Below, one piece after another: positions 48,197-56,952 of a stretch of 64,000 nucleotides of DNA. The position numbers were made by a program, and so were the translations under genes. Source of the DNA: a virus. Location of the stretch: IMG/VR virus record IMGVR_UViG_3300009126_000404, positions 32,001 to 96,000 of that record; one strand, 5' to 3'. The notes beneath the pieces are model-generated. The model made no database searches and had not been told where the DNA came from. It saw only the letters and a program-made list of their open reading frames with translations. Position 1 is the stretch's first letter; the number at the start of each line of letters is the position of its first letter.

Positions 48197-49343
48197 ATTT
48201 TGTTATATGCCTTGGAATGCAATCACGTTAACCGCTAATGGTGATATTAAACCATGTTGCCAATTTAGTAATAAAGGACGTATGCCTAATACTGAGCATA
48301 ATACAATAATGGAAAATTTTAATAGTGAACGTATGCAAGGATTACGCAAAGATTTCCTACAAGGTATAGAAAACAATGCATGTAATAGTTGTTGGGAGAG
48401 AGAAGATTTAGTAGGCCAAAGTAGACGCTTATGGTTTAACAAAAAGTTTCTCAATAATGAACCTAAGCCAACTACACATGATGTACCAAACCCTACATTC
48501 TATCAAGCAGATATTAACTTGTCAAATGTATGTAATTTAAAATGTCGTATGTGTGGAAGTTGGGCAAGTAACAGTTGGTTTGAAGAAGAATTAGCGTTAG
48601 CCAAAATAGACAAGCGTTATGAAAAGAATACACGTCCTGTTCCATTACAACAATATGAATTAGAAGATTTACGTAATATGCTACCTCATTTAAAGAAAGT
48701 AAAACGTATAGACTTTAAGGGTGGCGAACCAATGATGGCAAAACATCATAATCAATTTTTGGAATGGCTAATTGAAGAAGATATGACTGACGTAGAATTA
48801 TTCTACACTACAAATGGTACAGTACAAAATCCTAAGATTTTAAAATTATTAAGCAACTTTAAACGTGTCAGCATATGTTTCAGTATAGAAGGCACAGGTG
48901 ATTTATATAGTTATATAAGAGGTGGAAAATATACTATAGAAGATTTTGAAAACACACTAGCAGTATATGATAAATTAGAAAACGTACAAATAATGTTTAA
49001 TGTAACATTGCAAAATTATAACGTTTTCAACTTACCAGACTTGCATTTTTTCTTACATGATTTGGAAGATAAATATGATAGAGTAAGTGCAAATAACAGT
49101 TTCACTACTATCTGTAACAAACCAGCATATTTAAGTCCAATGAATTTACCCGATGATTTAAGAGATAAAGCAATTGGAAGATTATCTTTGTTTAGTGATT
49201 TTGAAAAGTTAGTTGAAAGTATGAAACAAAGAACATTTAATCCAGAGCTATGGGAAGTGTTTATTAACTTTACAAATGATTTGGATAAAATGCGAGGAGA
49301 TAGTGTAGTGAAAGCAGTACCACAACTAAAGGAACATTTTTAA
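48189..49343 (+). CDS. N-terminal twitch-domain radical SAM protein (11 of 15)
   Basis: FCYMPW...PCC...CNSC; CNLKCRMC; KGGEP. Confidence 0.92.
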   Translation: MSKFCYMPWNAITLTANGDIKPCCQFSNKGRMPNTEHNTIMENFNSERMQGLRKDFLQGIENNACNSCWEREDLVGQSRRLWFNKKFLNNEPKPTTHDVPNPTFYQADINLSNVCNLKCRMCGSWASNSWFEEELALAKIDKRYEKNTRPVPLQQYELEDLRNMLPHLKKVKRIDFKGGEPMMAKHHNQFLEWLIEEDMTDVELFYTTNGTVQNPKILKLLSNFKRVSICFSIEGTGDLYSYIRGGKYTIEDFENTLAVYDKLENVQIMFNVTLQNYNVFNLPDLHFFLHDLEDKYDRVSANNSFTTICNKPAYLSPMNLPDDLRDKAIGRLSLFSDFEKLVESMKQRTFNPELWEVFINFTNDLDKMRGDSVVKAVPQLKEHF

Positions 49344-50059
49344 TGTTAGTAGGTATAGAAGATAATTTTGCACCCAAAGACGAACTACTTCGTGTAGAAT
49401 GGAACTTGGGTAAACGTTGTAACTATAACTGTAGTTATTGTGGTAATGAATTACACAATAAAACCAGCGACCATATGAGTTGGGAAGTATACACAGGCAC
49501 AATAGATAAAATTGTGGAAGCATCTAATGGTAAGAAAATTAAAATAAGTTTTACTGGTGGTGAACCTTTTGTACATCCTAAGTTTATTGATATGCTAAAG
49601 TACGCTAAAGAAAATGGAGTGTATCGTTGCAGTGTAACTACTAATGGAAGTCCGCCTCCTAAAATATATAAGAAAGCATTAAAATATTTACATTATGTTA
49701 TAATCAGCTATCATTTCGAATTTGCATCTCACGATAAAGTTATTAATAATATTACAGGTATGTGGGAAGAAATACAAGAATACAGAGCCAAAGATCAATA
49801 CAAAGGTATGCACGTACACATTATGGCATTACCTGGGCACATGAAAGAATGGAAAGAAATTATAAACGAATTAAAAGAATGTGGAGTAGAATATACAGTT
49901 AGAAAAATTAGGCCACGTGTTAATGAAGACCGCACAGGATGGAATAAACCATATGCTGACGGTATGCTAGGGCAACATCCCAAGCATGAAGAAACTGAAA
50001 AGTTTGCTGGACAATATTATAGTGCAGAAGAAGAAAAATGGTTAAACGAAAATGTCTGA
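49343..50059 (+). CDS. Radical SAM barrel without SPASM (12 of 15); N-half of a split gene
   Basis: WNLGKRCNYNCSYC, FTGGEP, TTNG, ISYH; collinear with the N-part of 52852-54021. Confidence 0.88.
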   Translation: MLVGIEDNFAPKDELLRVEWNLGKRCNYNCSYCGNELHNKTSDHMSWEVYTGTIDKIVEASNGKKIKISFTGGEPFVHPKFIDMLKYAKENGVYRCSVTTNGSPPPKIYKKALKYLHYVIISYHFEFASHDKVINNITGMWEEIQEYRAKDQYKGMHVHIMALPGHMKEWKEIINELKECGVEYTVRKIRPRVNEDRTGWNKPYADGMLGQHPKHEETEKFAGQYYSAEEEKWLNENV

Positions 50060-51242
50060 AGATAAAGTAAGAGAGTGGTTAATGAAACCCGGTAATAATT
50101 TTTGTGCGTTGCCATTTACACATATGGCAATAGAAGCCAATGGCGATATAAGACCTTGTTGTATGGGCGATGAATTTGATTTAAACATTAGAAATAAAAC
50201 AATACAACAAGTATACAACGACCCAATAAGACTACAATTTGTAGACAGTTTTAAACGCAACGAACAACATCCTGCATGTCATCAATGTTGGAAAGATCCA
50301 GAAATAAGAACTACTTTTTCAACATCATCTGTTGCTATGGAAGTAACAAAACAAGCAATGAATGGAATAACACCTAAGCATGAATTAAAATGGTTAGAAA
50401 TTAAACCAGGAAATAGATGTAACTTAAAATGTAGAATATGTGGAGTACATAATAGTAGTACCTGGGCAAAAGATACTGCGGCAATGGAAGAGCCCAAAGT
50501 AAAGTTTAAAAACAGCGAGTCATTTAAATATACACAATCGTGTGATTGGATCGATGATCCAAAATTTTGGAATGATGTAAATCAATTAGAATCATTAGAG
50601 TACTTACATTTTATGGGTGGCGAGCCGTTTATGGTTCCTGAGCATTTTCAATTAATAGAACGTTTAGTAAACGATCCTGACATTGATACTAGTAATATTA
50701 TAATAGGATACAATACAAACGGAACATATTTTCCTAGCAAAGAAAACTTTGAACTATACAAGAATTTTAAGCAAGTAAAATTTGCAATAAGCATAGATGA
50801 TATTAATGAGAGATTTAACTATCAGCGTAAATTAGCTGAGTGGGAAGAAGTAAAAAATAATATTAAGAATTTTCAAAAATTAGATAAAAGCCAATATCTT
50901 GCACATTTGGATCCTACTATAAGTATATTTAATATATTTTATTTAAATGAGATTTGTACAGAATTTAATAATTTAGGATATTATGGTTTTACTAACCAAC
51001 GACATTTTGTAAATAGTGGTCCTGATTGTATTCATACGCTACCTCAATATATAAAAGACATTATTACAGAAAAGTATAAAGACAGTGATAACATATGGAT
51101 TAAACGAGCCGTAAACTATATGAATAGTCAAAAATCAGATTATAGCTTATGGGAGGATTTTAAAATAAAGACTAATAAATTAGATTTATTAAGAAAAGAA
51201 AACTTCCAACATACATTTAAGGAATTTTATGAGCAATTTTAA
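50052..51242 (+). CDS. N-terminal twitch-domain radical SAM protein (13 of 15)
   Basis: FCALPF...PCC...CHQC; CNLKCRIC; MGGEP. Confidence 0.92.
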   Translation: MSEDKVREWLMKPGNNFCALPFTHMAIEANGDIRPCCMGDEFDLNIRNKTIQQVYNDPIRLQFVDSFKRNEQHPACHQCWKDPEIRTTFSTSSVAMEVTKQAMNGITPKHELKWLEIKPGNRCNLKCRICGVHNSSTWAKDTAAMEEPKVKFKNSESFKYTQSCDWIDDPKFWNDVNQLESLEYLHFMGGEPFMVPEHFQLIERLVNDPDIDTSNIIIGYNTNGTYFPSKENFELYKNFKQVKFAISIDDINERFNYQRKLAEWEEVKNNIKNFQKLDKSQYLAHLDPTISIFNIFYLNEICTEFNNLGYYGFTNQRHFVNSGPDCIHTLPQYIKDIITEKYKDSDNIWIKRAVNYMNSQKSDYSLWEDFKIKTNKLDLLRKENFQHTFKEFYEQF

Positions 51243-51558
51243 AAATATTATTGTACACTATAAAGATGGTACAAGCAAAGAAGATAACGTAAACAGTGTC
51301 ATGGCACGTGATGAAAATGACTTCCGTGGTTGGGAATGTTGGGCAGGTGTACAAAATATTACTATCAGTAATACAGGTGATGTGTTTAGAGCTATATGTA
51401 AAGTAGGAGGCAAACTAGGAAACATTTATGATGGATTCGAAATGCCAAAAGAAACTATTATATGTAATAAGCCTAGATGCATATGTGCGGCAGATGTGCA
51501 ACTATCAAAAGCATTGCCAGATCATGTACATAGATTAAGAGTAGGTAAAGATGGATAA
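51229..51558 (+). CDS. Stand-alone SPASM/twitch domain; C-half of the split gene
   Basis: FRGWECWAG...GDV...C...LGNI...CNKPRCICAAD, collinear with the C-terminus of 52852-54021. Confidence 0.8.
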   Translation: MSNFKNIIVHYKDGTSKEDNVNSVMARDENDFRGWECWAGVQNITISNTGDVFRAICKVGGKLGNIYDGFEMPKETIICNKPRCICAADVQLSKALPDHVHRLRVGKDG

Positions 51559-52855
51559 TTATAAACAATTTTATGATCACGCAGTAGGTAAGTTAAAAGG
51601 TTTACCAGTAGATAAAAATACATTTTGTCCATTACCGTTTGTTCATGTAAGCACTACACCACATGGTGAAGTAAAACTATGCTGTAGATCTCGCCCACCA
51701 AAAGGAGGAAAAAATGTGAATAATCCTAATGTCAAAGATGATAACTTTGATCTTAAAGATTATTGGCATAGTGAGTATATGAATGAAATACGAGATGATC
51801 TTATATTAGGAAATAAACCACAACAATGTCAGAATTGTTGGAAGATGGAAGATATGGATATTGTTAGTCTACGATTAAACAAGCTCACTGATTTAATGGG
51901 CAATAAAACTTATATAAAAAATATAAAACATTACTTAAAGCATAGAGAAGTTGAATTTAAAATTCCTCTTATTGAACTTAAATTAAGTAATGTATGTAAT
52001 TTTAAATGTCGTATGTGCTGGCCAAAAGATAGTTCAAAATGGATGCAAGATTGGGATAAATTAAAAAAATTCTACGATAAAAAAGATCAAACCTTTATTG
52101 AAACAATTATAGATGCAAACGACTTAAGAACAACTAGAGTAATGAATTTATATGAAAAAGATGAACAATTTGTTGGACACTTAGTTGAGCTCATGGAACA
52201 TATTGAAGAACTTGAATTTGCTGGTGGCGAACCTCTAATGGATCCAATCCATTATCGTATATTAGATAGCATACCTCATCCTGAAAATGTAACTTTAAAA
52301 TATAGTACAAATCTAAGCATTATGAAAATGGGTAAACATAGTATAATAGACTTATGGAAGAAATTTAAAAGTATTAAACTCACTATTAGCATAGACGGAT
52401 ATAAGGAACTTAATACTAAAATAAGAAGAGGTTCTGATTGGGACCTGTTAAAAAAGAACATTAAACTTGTAAAAGAGAATTTAGACAATTTAGACGTTAT
52501 TAAAGGAACCACGTGTATAAGTGGAATGAATGCACAAGAATTAGGTAAAACAGCAGAAGCAATTGAGTTTGAATTAGGCATATTATGGCATACAAGCCGT
52601 ATGCAAAGCCCGGATTTCCTACATGCAAATGTTCTGAGCCCTATACAGCTGAAAGAAGGAATAGACGGCTTAAAACGGGTATTTGATAGCTTAAACACGG
52701 CGAAAAACCGCCAATCTGCTGGACGCTTTATGTTAGAAGCTCACTTAAATGGAGCTATTAGTTGGCTACAATCATGCATAGATAATAACAAACATACAGA
52801 GAAATATGAGCAATTTTTAAAGTTTAATAACACGATAGAGGATATGGATAAATGA
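51551..52855 (+). CDS. N-terminal twitch-domain radical SAM protein (14 of 15)
   Basis: FCPLPF...LCC...CQNC; CNFKCRMC; AGGEP. Confidence 0.92.
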   Translation: MDNYKQFYDHAVGKLKGLPVDKNTFCPLPFVHVSTTPHGEVKLCCRSRPPKGGKNVNNPNVKDDNFDLKDYWHSEYMNEIRDDLILGNKPQQCQNCWKMEDMDIVSLRLNKLTDLMGNKTYIKNIKHYLKHREVEFKIPLIELKLSNVCNFKCRMCWPKDSSKWMQDWDKLKKFYDKKDQTFIETIIDANDLRTTRVMNLYEKDEQFVGHLVELMEHIEELEFAGGEPLMDPIHYRILDSIPHPENVTLKYSTNLSIMKMGKHSIIDLWKKFKSIKLTISIDGYKELNTKIRRGSDWDLLKKNIKLVKENLDNLDVIKGTTCISGMNAQELGKTAEAIEFELGILWHTSRMQSPDFLHANVLSPIQLKEGIDGLKRVFDSLNTAKNRQSAGRFMLEAHLNGAISWLQSCIDNNKHTEKYEQFLKFNNTIEDMDK

Positions 52856-54021
52856 CAGATAAAGACTTAAAATGGAGTGAATACGATTTTACCGCTACAC
52901 CGTATGATGATATTGTACGAGTAGGGCAACGTACAATGCTGTACCGTGATTTATTTACAGTTAGTTGGTTGTTAGGTAGATTCTGTAATTATAAATGTTC
53001 TTATTGTTGGCCTTATGCTAGAAGTGATAGGAAAGACCATAGACCAACTAAACTTAATTTAAAAACTATTGATGAAATAAAAAGACAAGCACGTGAACGT
53101 GGTTTTAATAGTTTTCATTTTAGTTTAAGTGGAGGTGAGCCAACGTTCCATCCAGGTTATCTTGATATGCTTAAACATCTAAGCGATGATGTACACAATA
53201 CAAATTATACAAGTGTGCATATGACTTCAAACTGTAGCCGTAACATGAAATGGTTCCAAACATATGTAGAATATGCGGCTAAGTTTCACCGTGCAAGTAT
53301 TACAGCAAGTTTACATACAGAGCATGTTAATACACCTAAAAAAATGCAAGACTTTGCAGACAAGTTAATATTTTGCCAAGAACATGACGTGCAGGTTACA
53401 ATTAATCAAGTTATGGTTCCAAATTGGTTTGATAGAGATTGGGAAAATGCATTGTTCTTTCATAATCAAGGAATCAATGTAACACTTAAACCTCAATCAG
53501 ATCCTACTGCAAGTAAAATTGTAGATGGGTATACTGATGAGATGTTAAAAAGATTACATAACGGAATGCCACAACGTGGATACACAGAAGTTAAAGCAAA
53601 ACAAACACAATTAGTAAAACGTCCTAAGCCAGAATTTGAAATTGACTATGATGATGAATATAGAAAACAAAGTGCTAATGTTCCTTGGCATATGCAAATA
53701 GAATTTAGAGATAGCAAAGGTAAACCTTGGTATATGGACCAAGCAGAACGATTCAATGCTTTTAATTTTAATAACTTTAAAGGTTGGGAATGTAGTTCTG
53801 GTTATCGTAGTATAATTATTAGAGAACCCGATGGAAGTGTAAAACGTTCATACAGTTGTATGGATCAACCTTTAGGGAATATTGAAACAGGATTTAAATT
53901 GTTTGATGGCCCTACTAAATGTATAACTGGTGCTTGTGTTTCAAGTGCTGATAGTAAAATACCAAAAAGAGCACCTGGAACTAAAATGGGATTGTGGCCG
54001 GGAGATAAATCATTTGGATAA
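52852..54021 (+). CDS. Radical SAM protein with C-terminal SPASM/twitch (15 of 15)
   Basis: WLLGRFCNYKCSYC, SGGEP; GWECSSG...SC...LGNI...CITGACVSSAD. Confidence 0.92.
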   Translation: MTDKDLKWSEYDFTATPYDDIVRVGQRTMLYRDLFTVSWLLGRFCNYKCSYCWPYARSDRKDHRPTKLNLKTIDEIKRQARERGFNSFHFSLSGGEPTFHPGYLDMLKHLSDDVHNTNYTSVHMTSNCSRNMKWFQTYVEYAAKFHRASITASLHTEHVNTPKKMQDFADKLIFCQEHDVQVTINQVMVPNWFDRDWENALFFHNQGINVTLKPQSDPTASKIVDGYTDEMLKRLHNGMPQRGYTEVKAKQTQLVKRPKPEFEIDYDDEYRKQSANVPWHMQIEFRDSKGKPWYMDQAERFNAFNFNNFKGWECSSGYRSIIIREPDGSVKRSYSCMDQPLGNIETGFKLFDGPTKCITGACVSSADSKIPKRAPGTKMGLWPGDKSFG

Positions 54022-54271
54022 AGAATGGAAAGATTTTATTGATACACAAAGACGAGGTGAGAATTGGGACCGATCTTCAATCTACGCTGTTGGATTTCCT
54101 AAGGAAATAAGAAAATGGACATGGTTACCAAAACGTATGACTAGTAAAAAAATTGTATGGATTGGATATTATTATGAGATTTTTAAAACTTTTAGTACAG
54201 GTAAATCTGAATATTGGCTTAGAACTAAGTATTCAGAACATGAATATTTTTTTAAGAAATTAAAGAATTAA
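54014..54271 (+). CDS. Hypothetical Trp/Tyr-rich protein
   Basis: TTG start at 54014 with GGAGA RBS, 8-bp overlap with the upstream stop. Confidence 0.6.
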   Translation: MDKEWKDFIDTQRRGENWDRSSIYAVGFPKEIRKWTWLPKRMTSKKIVWIGYYYEIFKTFSTGKSEYWLRTKYSEHEYFFKKLKN

Positions 54272-54723
54272 ATTTGTGTCCAGGCTTTTTTAGCCCAACC
54301 GTTTTCTTGAGCCCAACGTACGAATAATCCTACTTCCATCCCATTCGCTTCTATTTCCCAAGGTAAATCCCAATAGTCAGTTTTCTCAGGTACAGAAGTG
54401 CCTTTCCACTTATAATATTTTTCATCGTGAACCCAATCGTTCATTTCATTACGTGCATATTGCTTTACGTGAACCATTTCGTGTGCAACAGTTTCGAGCA
54501 TTTTACGTAAACCTTGATTATTACTAATTTCTATTTCAAAATCTCTAGGTGAATTACGTAAACAATAGCCATCTGCATCTTCTTTTTTCTCTATATTTTT
54601 AATTTGAACTTCTATTTCTAAAGTTCGCATTCTAGGCATTAACTTATTAATGCAGTATTCTACCATTGAATGAACTTTTTCTTGCTGGCTTTTAGTGCCA
54701 CCCGTCACTTCGATGTAGTTCAT
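54268..54723 (-). CDS. HEXXH zinc metallopeptidase (SprT-like)
   Basis: TVAHEMVHVKQY...PWEIEA. Confidence 0.75.
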   Translation of the reverse strand: MNYIEVTGGTKSQQEKVHSMVEYCINKLMPRMRTLEIEVQIKNIEKKEDADGYCLRNSPRDFEIEISNNQGLRKMLETVAHEMVHVKQYARNEMNDWVHDEKYYKWKGTSVPEKTDYWDLPWEIEANGMEVGLFVRWAQENGWAKKAWTQI

Positions 54724-54728
54724 ATTGC

Positions 54729-54944
54729 TTATCTCTCAAGAACTAGATATTCACCAAAATAATTATCAAAAACTTGAACTAAGTTTTCGTAATCTCCCTC
54801 TGACATTTCTGTTATAATAGTTTTGTAATCTAAACCAAGTTCTTTTCCATATCTTTTAGCATAAGCCATTAAGGCAAATGCATTGCCATCTGGACCAGTT
54901 AAATCTATAACTATCTCATTTTGTGGTTGTTTTTCTCTAATCAT
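54729..54944 (-). CDS. Small hypothetical phage protein
   Basis: 71 aa; IDLTGPDGNAFALM; AAAGGA RBS. Confidence 0.75.
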   Translation of the reverse strand: MIREKQPQNEIVIDLTGPDGNAFALMAYAKRYGKELGLDYKTIITEMSEGDYENLVQVFDNYFGEYLVLER

Positions 54945-54976
54945 TTTAACCGTCCTTTTTTAATTTCTATACTACT

Positions 54977-55005
54977 ATTATAACAAGATTTCTTGGCTAT
55001 GTCAA
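54977..55005 (-). promoter_or_regulatory. Consensus sigma70 promoter with extended -10 and spacer palindrome
   Basis: Minus strand TTGACA-N17-TATAAT, TGT before -10, CAAGA-AA-TCTTG in the spacer. Confidence 0.85.
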
Positions 55006-55018
55006 CCTGTTTAATCAC

Positions 55019-55045
55019 AAAAAAACCCTTGTATATCAAGGGCTT
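55019..55045 (-). terminator. Rho-independent terminator after the MotA/ExbB triad
   Basis: Minus strand AAGCCCTTG-ATATA-CAAGGG followed by T7. Confidence 0.75.
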
Positions 55046-55211
55046 CTAAATTAAATCATGCTTTAAAATATATATCCAAGCTCTAGCCTGTTCTTTTGTA
55101 TATCCATTTTGACGCATATGCCTATATATTCTGCAAATGTGCATATCACCAGTTCCTAGGGCTTAGTAACCTGTATTCGTTCATCTTGGTAGATAATGTC
55201 TCTGTAGACTC

Positions 55212-55796
55212 TCATGGTATATCATTGTCATTATAATTACGAGGTCTATTTTCGCCTTCATCTGGCTGATCATGTATATTTTCTATCATTCTATGGTCTA
55301 CACCACTATTTTCTAATGTTTGTTTTTTCTCTGGTAATGGATGACGTTCAATATCATCAAAATGTATTCTATTAGGATCATGTGATAAATCTCCTGTATC
55401 AGGCTCTCCCTTTTTGAACTCTCCTTCCATTCGCTGACCTTTCATCATTGCTTTCAGTAATCTATCCATTTCTTTAGCATTGGCAGTTGTATAAGGTATA
55501 ACATAATATGTAGGTTCTGTTTCACCAAGATGTCTTACTGTAAAGAAGATTTCTGGTTTTTGCACTTCTACCCATACAACTTCTACGTTGCCCTCGGGTA
55601 GGCTATTAATAGGAGTTCCTTGTAATGCAAATAGTGTATAACTAGTATATATACTAGCCACTAACGCAAGTGGAATAAGAAAAAATGTTAAAACATTGTT
55701 TTTTCCTAATTGTATTAACGCATATACAGTAAGTACCGCCAATGCAAAAAGCAAACCTATAGATCCATAAATCATATTTCCAGTAAGTATATCCAT
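55212..55796 (-). CDS. Two-TM membrane protein, third member of the ExbB/ExbD-like triad
   Basis: Two N-terminal hydrophobic helices, then a soluble domain. Confidence 0.7.
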   Translation of the reverse strand: MDILTGNMIYGSIGLLFALAVLTVYALIQLGKNNVLTFFLIPLALVASIYTSYTLFALQGTPINSLPEGNVEVVWVEVQKPEIFFTVRHLGETEPTYYVIPYTTANAKEMDRLLKAMMKGQRMEGEFKKGEPDTGDLSHDPNRIHFDDIERHPLPEKKQTLENSGVDHRMIENIHDQPDEGENRPRNYNDNDIP

Positions 55797-55798
55797 TA

Positions 55799-56473
55799 TT
55801 ATTCTCCGCCTACTCCATAGGTTCCTATATAATCTGCATCTACACTTTCTCTACTATGTCCTCTAGTTGGTACTACATCTTTAAAATGTTTAAATATTGA
55901 CCTTACTCTGCCATTAGCTTCTACTGTAAATGCTGGCAATCTATTTATTTCTCTATCCACCATAAGTACTCCACTTAAACTATATAGTTGTCTAAATGGA
56001 TTAACTTTTATAACTGTAACTGTATAAGGAATAGATATTTCTTTTTTATGATATGCATGTACTACAACAAAATAATCACCAGGTACAATACCTCTAATAG
56101 TTGTAGTTTCTCTATTTACCTTAACAATATGTGTAACACCGTCAATAACAATTTTGTCATTTGTTGTACCTAAATCATCTCTGTCTAAATGTAATGGTGT
56201 GTTTTCTCTATTGCTAAATCCTACTGGAAGTTTATCGTCCAACTGGACCCATAAATCCACATCATCTGTAGCATCCTCGTCCCATTCAAGCACAATAATA
56301 AATTCTGCTTTAACTGGAATATCTGCTTTTTTTGCTATAGGATTAATAAGAAGAAATGCTATAACAAATAGCATAACAAAGCCAATTAAAACATTAAATA
56401 AAAGATCATTAAATGCTAAGTTAGAACCTGTTCGTCTTTTTTTTCCTGAAAAGAAGTTTTCGTCTTTATGCAT
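55799..56473 (-). CDS. ExbD/MotB-like single-TM protein with a YfaP-like soluble domain
   Basis: Short N-terminus, TM beginning AFNDLLFN (intramembrane Asp), DDVDLWV...LDRDDLG. Confidence 0.6.
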   Translation of the reverse strand: MHKDENFFSGKKRRTGSNLAFNDLLFNVLIGFVMLFVIAFLLINPIAKKADIPVKAEFIIVLEWDEDATDDVDLWVQLDDKLPVGFSNRENTPLHLDRDDLGTTNDKIVIDGVTHIVKVNRETTTIRGIVPGDYFVVVHAYHKKEISIPYTVTVIKVNPFRQLYSLSGVLMVDREINRLPAFTVEANGRVRSIFKHFKDVVPTRGHSRESVDADYIGTYGVGGE

Positions 56474-56906
56474 ATTCTTGCTCTTGTATAATTACTTGCA
56501 CTTTAACACCCAAACTGGCTACCAAGCCACATAATGTTGTTAATAGAGCAGTACTCATACCAGCCGCCATGTCAATAATAACCCGTTTCATGCTTTCTAC
56601 ATTATTAGGGTCTATCTCAGTAAAACTACTGCCAAGCATAAGCATGAAACCAACAACGGTTCCTATCATACCAACGGTCATACATGACTCGCCAATGAAC
56701 CATGGGGTTTCAAAATCATTTCTATCTTTGAAACTTCTGTAGCCGATACTTGCTGTTGCAATTAGCCACATTGTCATAATAACAAAACTTAGTCTTGTTA
56801 TGTCATGTTCTAGAAGGAACGGTATTGCATTATAATAAACTGCGGTTCCAAATCCGATTAACTGCATGACAACAATCAACCACCAAACTAAAAATCTCTT
56901 CTTCAT
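56466..56906 (-). CDS. MotA/TolQ/ExbB proton-channel family protein
   Basis: GMIGTVVG and GMSTALLTTLCG helices; four hydrophobic segments; GAGAGGAAG RBS. Confidence 0.82.
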   Translation of the reverse strand: MKKRFLVWWLIVVMQLIGFGTAVYYNAIPFLLEHDITRLSFVIMTMWLIATASIGYRSFKDRNDFETPWFIGESCMTVGMIGTVVGFMLMLGSSFTEIDPNNVESMKRVIIDMAAGMSTALLTTLCGLVASLGVKVQVIIQEQEYA

Positions 56907-56944
56907 TCAACTTCCTCTCATTTAAAAGTAACTTTAGTTACTAA

Positions 56945-56951
56945 TATTTAT
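56945..56951 (-). promoter_or_regulatory. Candidate T4-late-like promoter for the MotA/ExbB triad
   Basis: Minus-strand GATAAATA 39 nt upstream of the ATG, followed by an AGTAAC-TAAA-GTTACT hairpin (56927-56942). Confidence 0.45.
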
Positions 56952-56952
56952 C

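Noticed and set aside
27640-54021. Naming the radical SAM genes as MoaA, PqqE, NirJ or anaerobic sulfatase maturases
   Set aside because: The domain order is inverted in most and no cognate pathway genes are present.
26244-54271. RiPP precursor peptide for the radical SAM/SPASM enzymes
   Set aside because: No room for a small ORF in the gapless operon and no RRE/PqqD-like gene seen; a distant precursor cannot be excluded.
55058-55215. Tiny minus-strand ORFs (19 aa, 12 aa, 28 aa) that might be joined by readthrough or frameshift
   Set aside because: No slippery site or recognisable product; cannot be separated from chance or a decayed gene.
55799-56906. Calling the membrane pair a Zorya system or flagellar stator
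   Set aside because: No OmpA-like peptidoglycan-binding domain, no long ZorA tail, and no zorC/D/E or flagellar genes.
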